Assembly: GCA_002269645.1 (NCBI GenBank)
Contig: NIVC01003363.1
Coordinates: 1-64,000 of the forward strand
Length of the DNA: 64,000 nt
From: Macrostomum lignano
Taxonomy: Eukaryota
Direction of reading: 5' to 3'
Within the stretch, counting starts at the first letter, position 1. Each line of letters begins with the position of its first letter. Under the pieces are notes generated by a model, which did not search any database, was not told the DNA's origin, and worked only from the letters and a program-made list of their open reading frames with translations. This document shows positions 1-11,560 of the stretch, in pieces. Made by a program: the position numbers and the translations under genes.

Positions 1-2189
1 GCTGTAGTGATGACTGCATCGCCTCATTTCGTACTTGGCTTCCTCTCCACTGTGGCGATCGCGGCTGCTCTTGGTCTTGGAGCACGGCGGCTTATGTCGT
101 GCGCCAGCTGCATACGAATGATGACTGAGCCTTGACTGTTTGCATGTGCTACGACCTGCTGCTGTGCATTCTGCAGCTGAATTTTGGTGACTGGAGAGGG
201 GTGGCCGGGGGTCAGAAAAATGTGAGCCAGCTACCATGCAGACCATTTCACTGACATTTTTTGTTTGTTAACTTCCAAATAATTAGCGATTGAGTTATTA
301 GTGAATGGTAGGGTTAAAGGAACAGATCGACTTTGTGCGAAATGAGAGCTGCTTATATCGCTTTTGAATAGAACATTTTTCAGCGTTAGAAGAATCTATC
401 ATCTGTGTTGGTTGTACCTTCATTAGTTACTATAGTTACGAGAATTACGACCGAAGAGAGTTGATAGTGAGCTGGTCTGGGAAACAATTTTCGATAACGA
501 ATTTTGATAAAAAATTGCTCTAAATTTGTCACATGTTTGGTCCCTTGATTTCTGTGCCAGCAGATGTCGAAATGCGTCGAAAATAAGGAATTTTACAATG
601 AAATCACAAAAAACGGAAATTCGACAGCACTTTTGTATTCGAAAAATGCCTAAAAGTAACTCTATAACGGTTCTTTCTAGGGAAAATGTAACCTGAATAA
701 AGCAACTGCTCAATGCAGCAAACAATATAATTTACGTTGAAGTGATTAAAATCACAGGAAATTTATTGAATAATATTTGGATTTTTGTTTAAATGCGTCA
801 ATTTTTTTCTGCCCCCTACTGTCAGTGATGTACTTGTAATTGTATTTCATTGTATGCTCACCTCAAGGACTTCAGTGGTCTTTGGCTCACCTGCACCCCA
901 GCCACTCCATCCTGGCCCAATCATGTACGTTGCGATTGCTATCGATTGCTCAGCCCCCCTCGCCCCTCACTTGACTGACGCATACTCTATATATAATATG
1001 CTTCATGATAATTTTGACCAATACAAGTTTTCTATCGACGCATGTAAATTATTAAATCTAAATACCCAATTCAATTAAGTACTTATAGAAGTACAATATT
1101 TTGTTTTTTTTGTAAATGTCTCGAAAACTTTGCATATAAACCTGCTATAGCGAAAATACTCTCATATATATATATATTGATTTACAAAAGGACACCTTAC
1201 ATGTACATGCACGGACTTTTTGAAAAATAGGGGAGCAAGAATTTTTCAAAAATTGGATAAATAAGGTACATTTGATTTTCTTAATTGAAGTTTAGGATGC
1301 CTATATTTCTGCAATGGTGGTAGCACATACTTATAGCCACATGCTTAAGTGTCATTTTGTAGAAAAAATTTTTCTGTATAATTAAAAGTAAAAACCTGAA
1401 AAAGTTGTCTTTTGTTTAAATTCACCAGTTTCGAAAATAAAGAAACTATTATCAATGTCCTGACCCTATTTTGAACCTTTAATTTAATTCAATGTTACAC
1501 ATTTCCGAGACTCTTACTTTTATCGTGTCAATTACGTTCCAGTGTATACCAGAAAAGTGTTGTGTCGTGTAACTTGACCAACTTAATGATAAAATTATTA
1601 CGCGGATATTTCTACTATAAGTATGATGTAACGTAAATGCAAACTATATTAATATTATTCTTGTCTTTTACTTATACGGCCACTTTAAGTAGAGTAGTTG
1701 ATAAATTATCTGTATAATGTATTATTAATCACGTGACATCTCTGGCTCTTTAATTTATCGATCGTGCAGTTTTTCTAGTGCGTGGATAAAATATCTATTA
1801 GGTAGTTTTCTTATGACTAAAATATAAATAAAGCACTGTGCGCACCTAGCACTTTACTTTGCAACTACAACTGGAAACTTCAAGTCTCGTCTACACAACA
1901 AAAAGCATGGAAAAGTTGAAATAAAATGTCTGTTCAATTTTTATTCTAGAAATCTACAAATTGTAGAATTTGTAAAATATTACAAATGTAACGGAAACAA
2001 AATGTAACGGATTTTGTTACATTTGAAAAACCCTAAAATATATAGTTCTTCTTAAAAATCATAAACTTTGCATAAACCTATTGAGAAAGTACTCTCATGC
2101 GCACTACATCTATCAATTATCAACTACCATTGTCATTTATTGATGGACAAAACGTCATTACATGTATGTCATTTATCAACTATCAATCG

Positions 2190-2700
2190 CCCACCGCTTC
2201 TTTTGGCCCCTTATAAAGTCGGATGTACAGCGATGGATGTAGAATGCACTGACTGCCAGACTGCCAAAATCGGTTGTCACATACATATACATGTATGTCG
2301 CCCGCTACATCAATTGCCTTCACTTTACACAGCGCTTCATCACAGTACACATTGACTTTCATGTAAGTCAGTCTGCTAACGTTACCCTATGCTATAATCG
2401 ACGCAGATCCACGGCCACTCTACGGGCCACTCTACGTGTACCTACTCATCATGGTAGATGTACACATGCTGGGTTGAGGCTGTGCCAAATTGCTGACCAT
2501 CACCATGTCAGTATGGCCGTTGTGAACCACTTGGTTTGCGCAGCTTTGGTCCGCCGCTTACGTTGATCACAGATCAAGGGCCCAATTTTGTTCAAAGCTG
2601 CATGATGGCCAATCTGGTGAACCTTCGAATTCTTGGAGTCCACTACATACGCACATCAGCCGTTTAACTCCAAGGCTAACGGTATGACTGAGAGAGTCTA
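2190..2700 (+). pseudogene. Degenerate Gypsy-type integrase fragment; partial mirror at ~63690-64000 (-)
   Basis: Frameshifted pieces read FFWPLIKSDVQRW, CTDCQTAK, RFITVHIDF, YLLIMVD, WVEAVP, TDQGPNFV, NSKANGMTER. Confidence 0.75.
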
Positions 2701-2845
2701 GTACACCGCACTTTTAAAACTAGTTTAAGTTGGTTGGTCATTGTTGGTTAACTCAGCTATACAGCTATCGCGTCTTGTTTAGCCTGCAGATCAATCCGGA
2801 CGATAATGGCTCCTCGCCGTACTAATCTGTGACTGGCGATCTCGC

Positions 2846-3305
2846 TTATCCAGCCGCTACATGTTTATATGATGACAGAGGTTACTTATCCAGCCGCCAC
2901 ATGTATATATGATGGCAGAGGTTACTTATCCAGCCGCTACATGTATATATGATGGCAGAGGTTACTTATCCAGCCGCTACATGTATATATGATGGCAGAG
3001 GTTACTTATCCAGCCGCCACATGTATATATGATGGCAGAGGTTACTTATCCAGCCGCTACATGTATATATGATGGCAGAGGTTACTTATCCAGCCGCTAC
3101 ATGTATATATGATGGCAGAGGTTACTTATCCAGCCGCTACATGTATATATGATGGCAGAGGTTACTTATCCAGCCGCTACATGTATATATGATGGCAGAG
3201 GTTACTTATCCAGCCGCTACATGTATATATGATGGCAGAGGTTACTTATCCAGCCGCTACATGTATATATGATGGCAGAGGTTACTTATCCAGCCGCTAC
3301 ATGTA
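2846..3305. repeat. 40-bp minisatellite x~11.5; mirror 63085-63546
   Basis: GATGGCAGAGGTTACTTATCCAGCCGCTACATGTATATAT units. Confidence 0.95.
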
Positions 3306-3487
3306 CAAGACAAAAGCGAAAGCTTTCTGGCATGTCAGTTGCAGTTTTGCGTATCTTCAGCAAATTTTTTATTGGAAGAATTATGAAATCGGGAAAATCA
3401 GGAACTGCACCGCTAATCTATTTACACGCGAATTCCGCACGCGCATCGGAGCCACGCGAGAAGCGGGCAGTCCGCACCGAGCGCCCG

Positions 3488-6243
3488 TCAGTCGTGCAGC
3501 GCCGCGATCACCAGGTCCATGACGTTCGTGCCCGTCAGCCCCGGCTGGAACAGCGCCGGCGGCTCGCCGCCCGCCTCAGCCAGCAGCGAGTGCGAATCGA
3601 AGCCGGCCAGGGCGGCCCGGCAGCGGCCCTCACCCAGCCGGGCGGCCGCTCTCGGCCACGTGTCCGAGTCCACCAGACCGCCAGCCGCCTCGGTCGGACC
3701 ATCGATGCCGTCGGTGCCCGCTGTCAGCACGGTGGGTCGCCAGGGCGTCCTTGGACGGTCTCTGCCGGCCAGCGGCCGAGCCGCTCAGCCAGCAGCAGCG
3801 CCAGGTGGCCGGCGCGGCCGCCGACGCCGATGACGCCGTTCAGAGCGCCGGTTGTGTCGACGGTCGGCTCACCTCCGGCCAGCAGGGCGATGCCGCCGGA
3901 GCCGCCGGCAGCGCGCCAGATAGCGACAGCCTCGGCCAGCTTCGCCGCGTCGCCTTCGCCTAGGCTTGGGAAGTCGGCGGTGTCGGCGGTGTCAGCGGCG
4001 TCGGCGCGGAGCATCAGGCGGAGCAGCGAGGCCAGCCAGGCGTGGACCCGCTCCGCCACGGCGGACACGTCACCAGCCAGCTCGGTTGTCATGACAACGG
4101 CTGCCAGGAAGCGGGTCCCGGGGCACCGGCGTCGAGCAACCGAAGTCGAGCGGCCTCCAGCGCCGTCCGGTTGTTGCCGACGATGAAATTCGCCACCGCG
4201 GGCGCTGCCACAGGCGCCGGAGCCGCAGCCTCATCAGCCTGCAGCAGCTTCAGTGCAGTTGGCGGCAGCCGGGCGTCGACGCCCCGCAGCCGCGCGGTCT
4301 CCAAGGCGGCCTGCAGAGCCGCGCCGGCCGCAGCCGGAGCCACCGGCACCGTGGGCCCGCTGGCGATCACCTCAAGCGGGTCGCCGACAACGTCGGAGAG
4401 GACGAGGCCAGCCAGCTGGCAGCCGCGCGCGCGGCACCGGAGCGCCAGACCGCCGGCCTTCACGGCATCCAGACGGGTGCGGACGGCGTTGAGCTCCGCG
4501 ATGGAGAAGCCGGCGGTGGACAGCGCCCGGGTGGCGGCCCGGTAGTCCGGCAGCGGCAGGCGGGGCCAGGCCAGCAGAGCGCTGCCGCCGCCGGTCACCA
4601 TGGCAACCAGGAGGTCGCCGGGGCCGAGGCTGTCAATCAAGTCGGACACGGCCCGGCTGCCCATCAGCACCGTCTCGTCTGGCAGGTTGTCGCGGGGACC
4701 CTCGAACACCTGCGGGTTGGCGCGGCCAGGTGCTCAGAATTTACCCGGGTTTTATCAGCTGACCAAGGCTAACTAACTAACTAAATAAGTAATAAGGCGC
4801 CTCAGCCATTGAACAGGCTCTTCCGCCACTAGAGATAAATATAGATTCCAGGTTGGGAGTGTACTAATGTACACTAAGATCCTAATTAGAGCTGAGAGGA
4901 CTGTACATCGAGCCGGGCAAGCGGCGCCAGTCAGGCCGAGAGCGGGCCCTCGACCCCCGACCCTCAGATCGTACGCCTATCCCAAACCCAATTGGCTTAT
5001 CTAAACCTCCCCGGGGGACAGCGAGGGTTCGACGTACCAGTCAGGAAGCCCGTGCCCAAAAAATCCTGGTTAGTAGACCCCATAGCCTATTAGCGTTGGT
5101 CCGAAGACCGAAGGCCGTGGCTACCCGCTGGGGCCGACCGCCCACCACCCCCCGGGTACTCTTGCCAAGACAGTCTCTTATCTTTGAAGCGGCAGGAGGG
5201 CTAATCGCCGGGACTATTTCACCCTTTGCTTCGCCAACCCACCATTTCTATAGTGACCGTGCCAACGGTCCCGTCCTGTTCAGACTCAGTCCTGGTTTTG
5301 GCACACTACAGCTTTAATAGAGTCGCTGGCTGTTCGCTCAGAGGGCACTCCGAGGGGGACCGTCAGAGCACCAACTGGAACAGGTATAGGCCTGCCTACC
5401 TATACAGCTACCCACAGCCCTTCCTGATCCACTATTACCCTCCAACCCAGCCTACTAACTCATGACAAGCTTTCGGCCTGGCAGAGACAAGTTTCACAGG
5501 GGTACTGCGGTTAGGCGTCTCTATGCGAGACAAAACCATCAGCTGACCAAGGCTCGATTCCACCCATTAGCTAAACAGCAATTACACTCTGCAACAATTC
5601 TGTCCGCCCTACAAGCTTTCCGCGCCACATTCTCTACTTTCTACTTATCAGTAGACGAACCGGCTCTGACAGCTAATTGGATATCTGAATCTCGTGACAC
5701 CTCAGTCACCCTGGCGCAACGCCCTCTCCCAATCATCGCACATGTACACTCTGGGCCTTGGGGGCTGGCCTCATGGAAGTGGATCGCATGACAACCCGGC
5801 CAACCAAGCGTCAGACGCACCCGAATGCGGCTTGCCAGGCCGCTATCGTCCGGCAGACGAAAGCCCAGCCCGGCGCTCCGTTCAGCGCGCGTCGGCGCCG
5901 GCGCCAGCACGACGCCACCCAGAAAGCGCCGGCCGAGGCGCGCCAGCGGCAGTCCGCACGCCATCCCGCCGGCAGCCTTGCCGAAGGCCACAAAGCCGAC
6001 GCCGCCTGCGACGTCAAAGTCGCGACATTCGCCGGCGCTGCTGCGGATCCGCAGGCGCAAAACTTCTCCATCCTGGACGTCGCTGAGCAGCTCGATGGAG
6101 CGGCGCACCAGCGACTCCGGGTCTACGGCGGCCACACCGGCTGCGAAGGCGTCGCAGAGGCGGCTGCCCACTGTGGAGGCTGCGGCGGCGGACATCCGGC
6201 TGAGGCCGCTAATTCGAAGCACGGCTGCTGCGGCTGTGAGCAT
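3488..6243 (-). CDS. GLYCTK: Glycerate kinase (GLYCTK/MOFRL family); exon 1 6243-5821, exon 2 4709-3488 with two apparent -1 frameshifts (~4120, ~3740)
   Basis: FGKA, R|VFEG..DNLPD, GGGSALL, LSDVVGDPLEVIASGPTV, LLAGGEPTV, GGR, GTDGIDGPTEAAG, TGTNVMD motifs; phase-0 GT-AG intron 5820-4710. May be a pseudogene or carry sequencing errors. Confidence 0.88.
4771..5537 (-). mobile_element. Non-coding retroposon (SINE-like or non-autonomous non-LTR, ~765 bp) in the GLYCTK intron; mirror copy 60859-61622 (+)
   Basis: 17-bp TSD AGCCTTGGTCAGCTGAT (4754-4770, 5538-5554) and a 3' TTATTACTTATTTAGTTAGTTAGTT tail; no long ORF. Confidence 0.8.
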
Positions 6244-6661
6244 CAGGAGAATTGGGTCGGACAGCTGTCACGTGACTGGGCTTTATCTAGCTCGTAATAG
6301 CATCCTATGACATCTGAGCTACCGGAATGCTCAATCAGCTGTCTTATCAACAGACGAAATGAAAAGCCACAGATACTGCTAACGAGGTGAAGAATCGATG
6401 AGTAGTATGCTGTTGACATTACTACATGTAGAATTTTAAAATCTTTTTAATTTTAATCTGAAAAACTGCTCGAACGCATGCTTATACAACTTTATTTTTA
6501 CTGTTTTTTGGCATTTGATTTTTAATGCAGAGCAGTCTGAGCAGTTTTTTATCAATGTACCGAGCAATTTTAAGCACTAGGCTGCTAATTTCCTCACATT
6601 CAGAACTATTGAAAAATTTTAAAGCTTTGATTTAGATGAAGTTATATTGGAAAATGTCTCA

Positions 6662-7405
6662 GGTGAAGTGTCCCAGTCTGAGGACCAATGGCGGGTGAGG
6701 TGTCCCAGTCTGAGGACCAATGGCGGGTGAAGTGTCCCAGTCTGAGGACCAATGGCGGGTGAAGTGTCCCAGTCTGAGGACCAATGGTGGGTGAAGTGTC
6801 CCAGTCTGAGGACAATGGCGGGTGAAGTGTCCCAGTCTCAGGACCAATGGCGGGTGAAGTGTCCCAGTCTCAGGACCAATGGTGGGTGAAGTGTCCCAGT
6901 CTGAGGACAATGGCGGGTGAAGTGTCCCAGTTTCAGGACCAATGGCGGGTGAAGTGTCCCAGTCTCAGGACCAATGGCGGGTGAAGTGTCCCAGTCTGAG
7001 GACAATGGCGGGTGAAGTGTCCCAGTCTCAGGACCAATGGCGGGTGAAGTGTCCCAGTCTCAGGACCAATGGCGGGTGAAGTGTCCCAGTCTGAGGACAA
7101 TGGTGGGTGAAGTGTCCCAGTCTGAGGACAATGGCGGGTGAAGTGTCCCAGTCTCAGGACCAATGGCGGGTGAAGTGTCCCAGTCTCAGGACCAATGGCG
7201 GGTGAAGTGTCCCAGTCTGAGGACAATGGCGGGTGAAGTGTCCCAGTCTCAGGACCAATGGCGGGTGAAGTGTCCCAGTCTCAGGACCAATGGCGGGTGA
7301 AGTGTCCCAGTCTCAGGACCAATGGCGGGTGAAGTGTCCCAGTCTGAGGACAATGGCGGGTGAAGTGTCCCAGTCTCAGGACCAATGGCGGGTGAAGTGT
7401 CCCAG
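6662..7405. repeat. 31-32-bp minisatellite x~23 between GMF and GLYCTK; mirror 59342-59736 has only ~12.5 copies
   Basis: GGCGGGTGAAGTGTCCCAGTCTCAGGACCAAT units. Confidence 0.95.
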
Positions 7406-8006
7406 CATTGACTACTCAGTAATTCCACAGACAAAGGTCCTAAGCAACAAAACTAAAGGCAGAGGAAAGCAGAACAGGTGTTTCTGTTGCACAGGACATC
7501 TCGTGTTGCTGATCAAAGCTAAACAGCACAAATTGATTTATTGTCAATTAGAAAAATCAGCTTTGTGGTTGTCATCGGCTTGCCAAGAATAAAAATTGAT
7601 TGATTATTCGGAAAGATCAGGTTTAATAGATAAACGGCTAAAATTTTAGACAGGCACAAATATGACAAGTCTTTATAACCATGGATTTATTAAAATTTAC
7701 ATGCTAAAAAATTAACGAAGCAGGAATACATGAGAAGCGATTTCATCCAAAGCCTTCCCAGGTGGCAGCACAATTAACAGAATTCTGTTGCAGACAGACA
7801 AAAACATGGTATAACAGCTTTGAAATTGCTGGGGTGGCATCCAGGGCGATAAGCTGAGTATAAACTGAAATCTCAGGCGAATCAAAGCATGTAAGTTATT
7901 GGCATAAATATGAATAAAATTTCTAGCCTAAAACAGCTCGCACACACCAAGCAAGTTTCAGTGGAGACAGGCAGGACATCCGGCAGCTACAAAACACAGG
8001 CCGAAG

Positions 8007-8447
8007 TCACCGGTAGAACTCCAGCTTCTGCTGCAGCCATTCCTCGTCCAGTTCGTCCGTGCTGCGAATTTCGAACACCTTGGTGAGGCCGACCACATCA
8101 ATGACGGTCTTGATGGTGCCGGTGTACAGCACCTGCAGCTCCGGGTTGCTGTCACGCGGGGTGCTGAAGATGAACATCAGCGGGTAGGTGACCCGGCCGT
8201 CAGGGTACGAGTGCACGTAGCTCAGCAGCAGGTAGCGCGGCTGGTGCTCGGACAGCTCCTCCACAATGTCCTCAATGCTGCAGTCCTGAACCTCGGTCTC
8301 CACGCAGACCTCCATCTTCTCGCGGTCGATTTTCAGCACAATGGCGGCCACATTTTTCTCCTTGCGCAGTCGGAATTTCTTCAGCTTCTGCTGCAGCTCG
8401 TCGGGCAGGCTGCACATGTAGCCCGAGGATGCGCCGGATTTGCCTGC
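8007..8447 (-). CDS. GMF: Glia maturation factor (ADF/cofilin family), single coding exon starting at an acceptor without its own first Met
   Basis: KLKKFRLRKE..AAIVLKID, QPRYLLLSY, DGRVTYPLMFIFSTP, LTKVFEIRSTDEL.EEWL..KL match GMF-beta/gamma; TTGCAG acceptor ends at 8448. Confidence 0.93.
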   Translation of the reverse strand, partial: AGKSGASSGYMCSLPDELQQKLKKFRLRKEKNVAAIVLKIDREKMEVCVETEVQDCSIEDIVEELSEHQPRYLLLSYVHSYPDGRVTYPLMFIFSTPRDSNPELQVLYTGTIKTVIDVVGLTKVFEIRSTDELDEEWLQQKLEFYR

Positions 8448-10867
8448 CTGCAAGGTCCGGGGTTCGAGTCCTAGAACATTAAATTGTAATCAAACTGGCA
8501 ATCGTTTTCTCAATTTCTCTGTAAATGTATAATTTTCCCTTTTCCAATGTATATTTACTGTTTATTATATTTTCATTTGTAAAGAATAGTTTTTATTTAA
8601 ATTGACATTTTGCATGCACATTGGCAAGTCATGGTTGTCTATGTGACTTAATTAATGTTTTGGCAAATTCAAAAAGGTAGAAGTATACTATATGTAGCAT
8701 ATATTGCAACTATAGGAGTTTTTGGCTTTCAAGATATTGTGATTTAAAAAAAAACAAATTCAGAAGCTGCAATTAAAACAAAGAATAGATTATCTAAGTT
8801 GCCAACAAGTAATTGAAGTTATTCATTGCAAATTTAGAAATCATCATATAAAATAGGCAAAAACTAAAGCATATATTAGTAATATCTTTGTGACACCATA
8901 TCAATAATGCCCTAAGTAGCTTATATAGCAATTGGCTTGCCAACTTAGCATTTAGCAACCTATGCCAATGAGACATGCCAGGTTTTCTATATCAGGTCAC
9001 AGCTGAAATTAAAACCTACACCATATAGTAGAGATGGAATAAAAATTTGGTATTCATATTTGGTATTTGGAAAGTAGGTTATTTTTTGCTATTTAATTCA
9101 TCATTGGATTCATTTAAATTTTTAACAAATATAAGAATAAAACAAAAGCAACTCCAATATTTTAAATATTTAAGTTTGTATAAGAAAAATATTAATATAT
9201 TAGTATTAGATTTGGTAGATAGCATCTACAAATGGGCTAGTGAATTAGTTTAATAGTGAGATAGTGCACTTTTCTATAATACTGTATATTCTTCTAGTAT
9301 ATTTTTGCTATGATAACAACCTATCATTTCTTAGAAAATATAATATTCAAATGTCTGCTAAAATATCTTTGTGTTAATGTTGTGATACAAAATAATTTTC
9401 TGCAAATAAATTTGTTTTAAATAGACCAGTCAACTAGTATAAATAGAAGCCCCAAGTGGGCCAAGGAAGGCAACTTGCAGAGACCTGCAAACCTGCAAAC
9501 TTGCAAGAACTTAGCTGATGGCTAAGTTTTCACTAAATCTATACGTATTTTTTATTTGGCTTCTTCAATTATTAAGAATTAAAAGCCCCAATTTGGGAGA
9601 GTTAAGATATGCTAAAAAGTAAGAATTGCCTTAGAGCAGTAGATCACCATTGGGCAATAGATTGCCTCAGAGCAGTAAAATGCCTTAGAGCAATAAATTG
9701 CCTCAGGGCAGTATAAGGCTAAGAAGCTGTGACCCTCTGATCCCAGGAATATCTAGGACTAAGAGAAGAACCCTTTAAAAGAGTAAAATAGGAGTATAAG
9801 GATAGGGTAGACAGATTTGGCAAATTTTGGCATATTTTTGTTGGTAATAAAAGCCTGTTGGCATAAATTAGTCATATAATCGCTCTTAGCCAATAGTGAC
9901 TTGCATAGGCCTATGTATATTGCCAATAGAAATGGCCAAGTGATTCCCAAGGTTGCGCATGTATGCCTTGGCAGATATATCTAGATTGGCCTATAGGATT
10001 TTTTTATTATAGCTAATTTGGTCAGAATTCTATTTAAAAGACTAGCCCCCCTAAAATGCCCATGGCAAATAAAATAAAAATATACTATAATTCTAGTTCT
10101 AGTTTATAGTCTGGGCCTATGACTGTACTTATATCCAAAAAGTTCATAGTTTCCTAGTAAATAATAAAATATTATAAAATAATATAAAATAATAAAAATG
10201 AAGGATTACAGGCCTATGCAGCTATGCTATAATCTAACCTGCCAATTTCATAATCTGGTAAAATACAAGAAAGAAAACTAGATAAATTGCAGTTAAAAAC
10301 CTATATAAATGTATTTATACTCATGTATATATTCATGTACACCTATATATATATATATATATATATATAAGTATTTCAATTATTTTTTTAATGAACTAGG
10401 CCCTATATAAGCCTGCACTGCCTCACATGCTTAAATCAATGCACAAGTTGGGGCAGAAGTCTTATTCAGCAAAGTAACTTGGGTTTGCATCAATTACTAC
10501 AACCAAAATTCCACAAACTGCCGTGGAAATAAGCAGGTATCATATCATTGACATGACAGACACCAATTACACAGGACAGTGCCATGGTGACATTTTTGTT
10601 ATTGGCGTGGGACTGTGGAAAAAAACATTGATACACATTTATTCATCATTATTTTAATAACCTACGCCTACATTGGTAATGGTATCCATCCATATACTAA
10701 GAATTATTGATCTTTTACAAGAAGTTTATAGACAGTTTGCATTACAAACAGACAGTGATGTCACCGATTCGAATGAGGCTGACGCTGTCACCGACTGACA
10801 AAATTAGACACGGAAGCATCTGAACTTGTCACCGATCTGACCAGTAGGCCTAACCGAATAAAGCATA

Positions 10868-10912
10868 CAATAATGAATAATGAATAATGAATAATGAATA
10901 ATGAATAATGAA
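10868..10912. repeat. (AATAATG)n microsatellite; mirror ~45358-45400
   Basis: Six tandem 7-mers. Confidence 0.85.
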
Positions 10913-11129
10913 AAAAAAGTTCCACATTTTCACACCAACCGCGCCAGCCAGATTTCAGTAAAGCTCGGAAGTGTTCTTTGAAAATAAAGAAATTAAATTC
11001 TATGTTGTTTTAAACAAATATTTTTGTTTTTTATTTTTTCGCACAATTTTTTCAAAGCTTTGAAATTAGCATAGTAAAAACGTTTTATTAAAAGTCGTAG
11101 TTCTTCACTAAAAGCTTTAAAATATTTGC

Positions 11130-11300
11130 ATTTATTGGACCACCCGATCGTAAATGATCGTCGCCCTTAAAATGTCACTCAAGTTGCGCACGTTAACCAT
11201 CTATTTTGTCGCTGGCCCCATAGCTGTCAACCGACTATACCCACGTTCTCTTGCTAGCTGTTAGTAGCCGTTATTCGGTTATTACCTTCCAAATTATTTG
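11130..11300. promoter_or_regulatory. Candidate bidirectional promoter between GMF (-) and KPNB1 (+); mirror ~44970-45130
   Basis: Locally CpG/GC-richer island in AT-rich DNA between head-to-head genes; inference only. Confidence 0.3.
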
Positions 11301-11560
11301 TAGTTTATTTAGGCCTGTCAGTATCAATCCTCAACTTGGTTTCTAAGTTTCTTTTAAAAGGCTGCTGGGTAAATTTTTCCTCCAGTTTAGTTTTCAATCT
11401 GGATAGAAATATTCTTCGCTAGCTAAAATATATTTCGAATCATCTAGTTAGATTATATTTAATATTTTTTTTGGTTGGAAAGTTCGATTTATACTTAAAA
11501 GATATTCTATATTTAGGCCCTATAGTAATTAAATATCTCAAAAAACAGACCAGCCCAGGC

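Noticed and set aside
4100-4130. 26-nt micro-intron rescuing the first GLYCTK frameshift
   Set aside because: It restores frame but has a weak donor, is far shorter than other introns here (minimum 82 nt), and no equivalent exists for the second shift.
4771-5537. Hammerhead retrozyme
   Set aside because: No CTGANGA core found on either strand.
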